From NCBI GenBank assembly GCA_964595645.1, contig CAZQQT010000013.1, forward strand, positions 1 through 49,631: a stretch of 49,631 bases of DNA, written 5' to 3'. Position 1 is the first letter of the stretch, and every line of letters starts with the position of its first letter. Positions 49,112-49,631 of this stretch are shown here, in pieces. The notes under the pieces were generated by a model. It made no database searches. It saw only the letters and a list, made by a program, of their open reading frames with translations, and was not told where the DNA came from. A program made the position numbers and the translations under genes. The DNA comes from an uncultured Thermococci archaeon (GTDB lineage: Archaea > Methanobacteriota_B > Thermococci > Methanofastidiosales > B48-G16).

Positions 49112-49630
49112 TCACTCCAGTGCACATGGGCAGCTCTCCGTTATATCTCCTCTGATCTTTGATATTCTTCCTCCATTCCACTCGATGCTTTTTTCCAAAT
49201 TATCGATTTTGTTCTCGGTCGATTGGAGGTTGTGTAAAATACCATATCCTATAGTGCACTCTTTAGTTGTTGCAGCAGCCCTCTCTCCAACAAACCAAAG
49301 ACCTGCTGAGTATATGGTTGCACCTATTCTAGCACCTATGCTTTTAGCAACACTTTTACCTCCTTCTGTTGTTATCCATTTCTTAAAGGCACCCCAGCCA
49401 GTAACAGCACCATCTACAATATCCCAGTTCCATACTTCATACTGATGTTTTATAGTTTCCCACTGTTCATCTGCTTCACCTTTCCATTTGGTGTATTCTT
49501 CATTTGCTATTGCAAGTTCAGTTGTCCATTCTTCTTGATAATCCAAGCGCTCTTCTAAATTGGCTATCAACTCCTCCACCTCGGGATCATGACTGCACGG
49601 ACAGGGATCGCAGCAGCCCTCCCAACAGCC
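49112..49630 (-). CDS. Cys-rich helical cassette protein B (5' end beyond the window)
   Basis: Frame is open to the window edge (GCWEGCCDPCPCSHDPEVEELIANLEER...) and ends CPCALE*. Confidence 0.7.
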   Translation of the reverse strand, partial: GCWEGCCDPCPCSHDPEVEELIANLEERLDYQEEWTTELAIANEEYTKWKGEADEQWETIKHQYEVWNWDIVDGAVTGWGAFKKWITTEGGKSVAKSIGARIGATIYSAGLWFVGERAAATTKECTIGYGILHNLQSTENKIDNLEKSIEWNGGRISKIRGDITESCPCALE

Positions 49631-49631
49631 A
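49115..49631. repeat. Direct repeat copy 2
   Basis: See copy 1; the offset is 1497 nt at the left flank and 1512 nt at the right flank, so the centre is 15 nt longer here. Confidence 0.92.

Noticed and set aside
47618-49631. Diversity-generating retroelement TR/VR pair
   Set aside because: Mismatches are not adenine-specific, the centre differs by a 15-nt indel and is highly divergent, both copies are coding, and no reverse transcriptase is in the window.

Overview
Archaeal chromosomal window. Evidence: L21e, L13e, Rpo4, aIF-2beta, Nmd3, Pus10, TiaS, archaeal TyrRS/TrpRS, TATA/BRE promoters and GGTGA ribosome-binding sites. The gene content suggests an anaerobic peptide/amino-acid fermenting euryarchaeote, possibly Theionarchaea/Methanofastidiosa-like (inference only). 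Housekeeping translation genes are mixed with five accessory blocks. (i) A type IV pilus operon next to a coupled operon: wHTH gene, 1824-aa DUF11 surface protein, coiled-coil protein and two KaiC-like ATPases. (ii) An orphan CRISPR array of 17 identical repeats with no cas genes in the window. (iii) An initiator tRNA-Met with an unusual C33. (iv) A co-oriented S41 peptidase-proC-prpD-CBS-activase-HypD cluster for hydroxyproline use. (v) At the right edge, a tandem cassette array in which a Cys-rich helical protein has near-identical flanks but a swapped Gly/Ala-rich membrane-active core, interspersed with small membrane proteins. Block (v) is the best candidate for an undescribed polymorphic toxin/immunity system. 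Three genes carry single-base lesions (MFS amber codon, S41 A8 frameshift, one membrane-protein frameshift). All calls were made by eye from motifs; no database searches were run.
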